A DNA stretch of 64,000 bases from an uncultured Spirochaetota bacterium (lineage in GTDB: Bacteria > Spirochaetota > Spirochaetia > SZUA-6 > CAVTHK01). Under the pieces are notes generated by a model that saw only the letters and a list, made by a program, of their open reading frames with translations, searched no databases and was not told where the DNA came from. Numbering within the stretch: the first letter of the stretch is position 1; every line of letters begins with the position of its first letter. The stretch lies in the NCBI GenBank assembly GCA_963734495.1, contig CAVTHK010000001.1, positions 576,001 through 640,000 on the forward strand, read 5' to 3'. Position numbers and translations under genes: made by a program. Below, one piece after another: positions 60,774 to 64,000 of this stretch.

Positions 60774-61331
60774 CTAGGCGAGGATGTCGCGGAGGTAGAC
60801 CACGGGGCTTTCGCCCTCGGCGGCAGCCTGCGACGCGCCTGCTCCCTCGGGTACGCGGGCCGCCGCGGGGCGTCTCCTCCGTTCGGAGATCACGCGGAAG
60901 CAGCCGTCCCCGGCGGGGCGGTCGTCTCCGCGGACGAAGCGCACGCTGCCTTTCGCGCAGACGTGCTCGATGATGAAGTCCAGGTCGCTCGACCCGACGA
61001 GCGCTACGGTGTGGAAACCCCGCAGCCGCGCGGCTGACACCAGGCGCTCGATTGCTTCCTTGTAGTCGACGACGTTCCTGATCGTTCTCCTGAGGAAGCG
61101 GTAGCTGCGTCTGGCTATCTCATCGGCGCCCGCGGGGGTCACGGCATAGCGGATATTGCGGTTGTTGACCTTGCGGATCGCGAGCCAGCCCTTGTGCGCC
61201 AGGCGCTTGAGAATGGCGTTGGTCATCCCGAGGGACAGACCGACCACCTGCGCCAGGTCCCGCTGCCTGACGCGGCTGCCATTGCGATAGATGCTTTCCA
61301 GGACTTCCAGCTCGCGCTCTGCCGTCGCCAT
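60774..61331 (-). CDS. Winged-helix MarR-type regulator (EPS-associated type)
   Basis: [32 protein letters not shown]; heads the glycan operon. Confidence 0.88.
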   Translation of the reverse strand: MATAERELEVLESIYRNGSRVRQRDLAQVVGLSLGMTNAILKRLAHKGWLAIRKVNNRNIRYAVTPAGADEIARRSYRFLRRTIRNVVDYKEAIERLVSAARLRGFHTVALVGSSDLDFIIEHVCAKGSVRFVRGDDRPAGDGCFRVISERRRRPAAARVPEGAGASQAAAEGESPVVYLRDILA

Positions 61332-61332
61332 G

Positions 61333-61377
61333 ATTGTTCAGTCGTCGAACAATATAGCACGCGGCGGAGTTTTGCAA
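61333..61377 (-). promoter_or_regulatory. Promoter with overlapping palindromic operator ATTGTTC-N7-GAACAAT
   Basis: Perfect 7-bp inverted repeat at 61333-61353 overlaps the -10 region (TATATT/TATTGT); TTGCAA -35 at 61372-61377. Confidence 0.7.
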
Positions 61378-61504
61378 CGGCTCGCGCGACGCTCCGGCTC
61401 CGTCCGGGGCGGACGCCGCCCGCGGCCCCGCGCCCCGGGACCTGCGCCGCCGCCGCCTTGCCGCCGCAGCGCGCCGCGGCGCTGCGCGTATCATCACGCC
61501 CGCA

Positions 61505-62495
61505 ATGGGCAGGCTGCCGGTACTCGTCTGCATCCACGGCCTCGGGAACAAGCCGCCGCGGGCCGTGCTGTCGGACTGGTGGCTGCGCTCGATCCGCGAA
61601 GGGTTCGCCCTCTTCGAGGTGCCGGAGCCCCGCTTCGACTTCGACTTCGTGTACTGGGCGGACCTCATCCACGAGGTACCGCTCGACCCCGGTGGCCCCG
61701 TCCGGGCACCCGCTGTCCGTCGGGCACCCCTACGTCCCCTACGCGGAGCCGCCGGAGCTGCGGAAGCCCGGCCGGCTGCGGCGTGCGATCCGCGAGGAGA
61801 TGGACCGCATCATCGACCGCGTGGCGTTCACGGAAAGAGGCATCACCTACCTGGACCGCATCGGCGACCTGGTCATCCAGGCGCTTTTCCGCGACCTCGA
61901 GATCTACTACTACGGGACCTGCATCGATCGGAAACGCAGGATGAGGCCGGCGCGCGACGTCATCCAGGAGGAGCTCGTCGCGGCGCTCCGCAGGCACCGG
62001 CGCGAGCGCGTCATCCTGCTCGCCCACTCCATGGGGACGATCATTTCCTACGACGTGCTGTCCAACCCGCGTTACGGGGTGACCGCGGACGCACTCGTGA
62101 CCGTGGGCTCGCCTCTCGGCCTGCCGCCCGTGATCAACAAGCTCCGGCAGAACGGGCGCTCCCACGGGCCGGCGCGCGCCGCGGGCGTCCCGCTGTGCCG
62201 GGCGCCCGAAGGGGTGCGCGAGGCCTGGCTGAACTTTGCCGATCTTCACGACCAGGTCGCCTGGAGCTACGATCTGGCCCGCGACTACGGCCCGAGCTCC
62301 CGCGGCGTGCGGCCGCAGGATGTGGTCGTCTGGAACACCTACCGCGACGACCACGGAAAGCGGGACCCGCACAATATCTTCGGCTACACGCGCACGCCGC
62401 GGCTTGCCGCCGCTCTGGCGGACCTCCTCGCGAAGCGGCGGCGGCCGGGTTGGGTGGAGCGCTTCAGCTCGGCGATCGACCGGTTCTTCCGCTGA
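61505..62495 (+). CDS. Alpha/beta-hydrolase-fold protein (frameshift ~61700)
   Basis: IHGLG oxyanion segment, AHSMG nucleophile elbow, LVTVGSPLG, D.VA, PH...GY. Confidence 0.75.
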
Positions 62496-62534
62496 CCGCC
62501 GCGCGGCGGGAGCCGCGGGCGCGGACGCACGCGG

Positions 62535-63395
62535 TCAGCCCCGTGGCACCCTGTCCCGGTAGCGGGAATTGACGCAGACAAACGACGGGTTGTGCAGGTC
62601 CGGCTTGTTGTACACGAGCGGCTCGCGGGAGCCCGCGCGGCACAGGCTGCCGCCGGCGGCCTCGACCACCGCCTGACCGGCCGCGACGTCCCACTCGTAT
62701 GTGGGCCCGATGCGCGGATAGACGTCCGCCAGCCCTTCGGCCACGTGACACATCTTCAGCGAGCTTCCCGAGGAGCGGGTCACGACCTCGCCGAAGAGGC
62801 GGCGGCACTCGCCGATGTAGGCGTCGGTTTCCGGGGTCATGTGCGAGCGGCTGGCGGCCACGGTGAAGACGCGCGTGCTCTCCGCCGGCAGCCGCACGGA
62901 CCGCAGCGCGACCTCCTCCCACTCCGCGCCTCGGTCGGCCAGGGCCGCGAGGGCCCCGGCGTCGCTCAGGCGGTAGGCCGCGCGCGACGGCACGTGGCCG
63001 AAGTAGGCGAGGGAGGGAACCGGGGCAAACACGAGCCCGAAGACCGCCCGGTCCCGCTCGACGAGGGCGATATTGACCGTGAACTCGCCGTTGCGGCTCA
63101 CGAACTCCTTGGTGCCGTCCAGCGGGTCCACGAGCCAGAAGCGCTTCCAGCCTTTGCGCTCGTCAAAGGGGATCTCGCGGCCCTCTTCGCCAAGAAAAGG
63201 GATCGAGGCATCGGCGTCGGCGAGGATCTCGCGGATGCGCTGCTGGGACCGCCGGTCGGCCTCGGTCAGGGGAGACGCGTCGCTCTTGGTCTCGACGGCG
63301 AAGTCCGTCTCGTAGACGCGGAGGATCTCGCGGCCGGCCGCCCAGGCCGCGCGCAGCGCGGCCTGCAGCAGCGGCGTGCGCGGTTCAGATTTCAA
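62535..63395 (-). CDS. cysQ: 3'(2'),5'-bisphosphate nucleotidase
   Basis: SPLTEAD, WLVDPLDGTKEF, EFTVNIAL, ASRSH, GSSLK, EWDVAAG. Confidence 0.93.
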   Translation of the reverse strand: MKSEPRTPLLQAALRAAWAAGREILRVYETDFAVETKSDASPLTEADRRSQQRIREILADADASIPFLGEEGREIPFDERKGWKRFWLVDPLDGTKEFVSRNGEFTVNIALVERDRAVFGLVFAPVPSLAYFGHVPSRAAYRLSDAGALAALADRGAEWEEVALRSVRLPAESTRVFTVAASRSHMTPETDAYIGECRRLFGEVVTRSSGSSLKMCHVAEGLADVYPRIGPTYEWDVAAGQAVVEAAGGSLCRAGSREPLVYNKPDLHNPSFVCVNSRYRDRVPRG

Positions 63396-63507
63396 GGGCT
63401 GGAACCTCCGCGGGCGCGGCGGGCAGCTCGTTGTGGAAACGCGCCGTCAAAGGATTCGGGACGGAGCCGCCGCAGGGATGTGTCGCGGGCCCGCCGCGGG
63501 TTGCCTT

Positions 63508-63579
63508 GGAGCCTGTCGGACTTTCCGGCAGGCCGTCGGTCGCGCCCGGGTCGGTCGTCCGGCCGCGGCGGACCGCGGC
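63508..63579 (-). repeat. Structured intergenic repeat (copy B)
   Basis: Reverse complement aligns to 937-1007; hairpins GCCGCGG-N4-CCGCGGC and GCCTGTCGG-ACTTT-CCGGCAGGC. Confidence 0.75.
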
Positions 63580-63584
63580 TCTGC

Positions 63585-63860
63585 CTAATCCTGCAGCATC
63601 CGGAACGGGCTCTTGAACCAGTAGGCGAACAGTAACCCGCACACCGCCAGGGCCCACATCTTCGCGTTCGCGCCGGCCTCGGAAGCGCCGCCCAGAAGGG
63701 CGATCAGGGCGAGGGCCAGCAGGGGCACGGAGATGATCGCCGCGATGATGAGGGTCATGACCTTGACCGTACGCGTCGTCGCATAGCGGAAGATGATCGT
63801 GTTCACGATCACGCCCACGGCCAACACGATCGCTCCGGCGAGCAGCAGGCTGTCCATCAA
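63585..63860 (-). CDS. Small hypothetical membrane protein (about 3 TM)
   Basis: SD GAGGAGGG; three hydrophobic segments. Confidence 0.65.
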   Translation of the reverse strand: MMDSLLLAGAIVLAVGVIVNTIIFRYATTRTVKVMTLIIAAIISVPLLALALIALLGGASEAGANAKMWALAVCGLLFAYWFKSPFRMLQD

Positions 63861-64000
63861 GCCCTCCTCAGGTCAGAAACTCAATATGCTCCCGTAAGTA
63901 TAGCGCAGACTCCCGCGTGGGGGGAGCCGCCGCGAGAAAAACGCGTCAGGCCTTTCCCGCGCCGCCGGCGGCGCCGCGGCCGGGGTGTCCGCTCGGGGTC

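Noticed and set aside
3590-61720. More than 15 frameshifted genes read as pseudogenes or locus decay
   Set aside because: Breaks are mostly single-base indels, often at short homopolymers, in otherwise intact genes across unrelated functions. This fits long-read error; polishing would confirm.
937-63579. Composite transposon or genomic island bounded by the two repeat copies
   Set aside because: The copies are diverged, no transposase is present, and the interval includes housekeeping genes (prs, oppA, cysQ).

Overview
GC-rich bacterial DNA, probably from a spirochaete (inferred from the OppA, outer-membrane and lipoprotein types). Many single-base frameshifts suggest an unpolished long-read assembly. 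Positions 1-13,000 hold housekeeping and signalling genes: a UVR-motif protein, a VUT-like membrane domain fused to GGDEF, a lipoprotein/FecR triad, a plant-type glucuronokinase next to a nucleotidyltransferase, APH, GNAT, an M48-like peptidase, rhodanese, an atypical PRPP synthetase and OppA. Positions ~13,100-61,400 are a ~48 kb cell-surface glycan locus, mostly on the minus strand. It starts with a MarR-type regulator that has a palindromic operator. Next comes a 2-aminoethylphosphonate pathway (pepM with a cytidylyltransferase domain, ppd, AEP transaminase, PntC-like). A lower-GC block follows, with Wzm/Wzt, three methyltransferases, two AsnB-like amidotransferases, WbpABDE-like genes and gmd/fcl. 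The locus also has many GT4s, a CDP-alcohol phosphotransferase, a Wzi-like protein and two polyprenyl-phosphate (GT2/GtrA/GT-C) modification modules. The window ends with a hydrolase, cysQ and a small membrane gene. A structured ~72-bp repeat occurs at both ends of the window. No CRISPR array, rRNA, tRNA, integrase or transposase was recognised.
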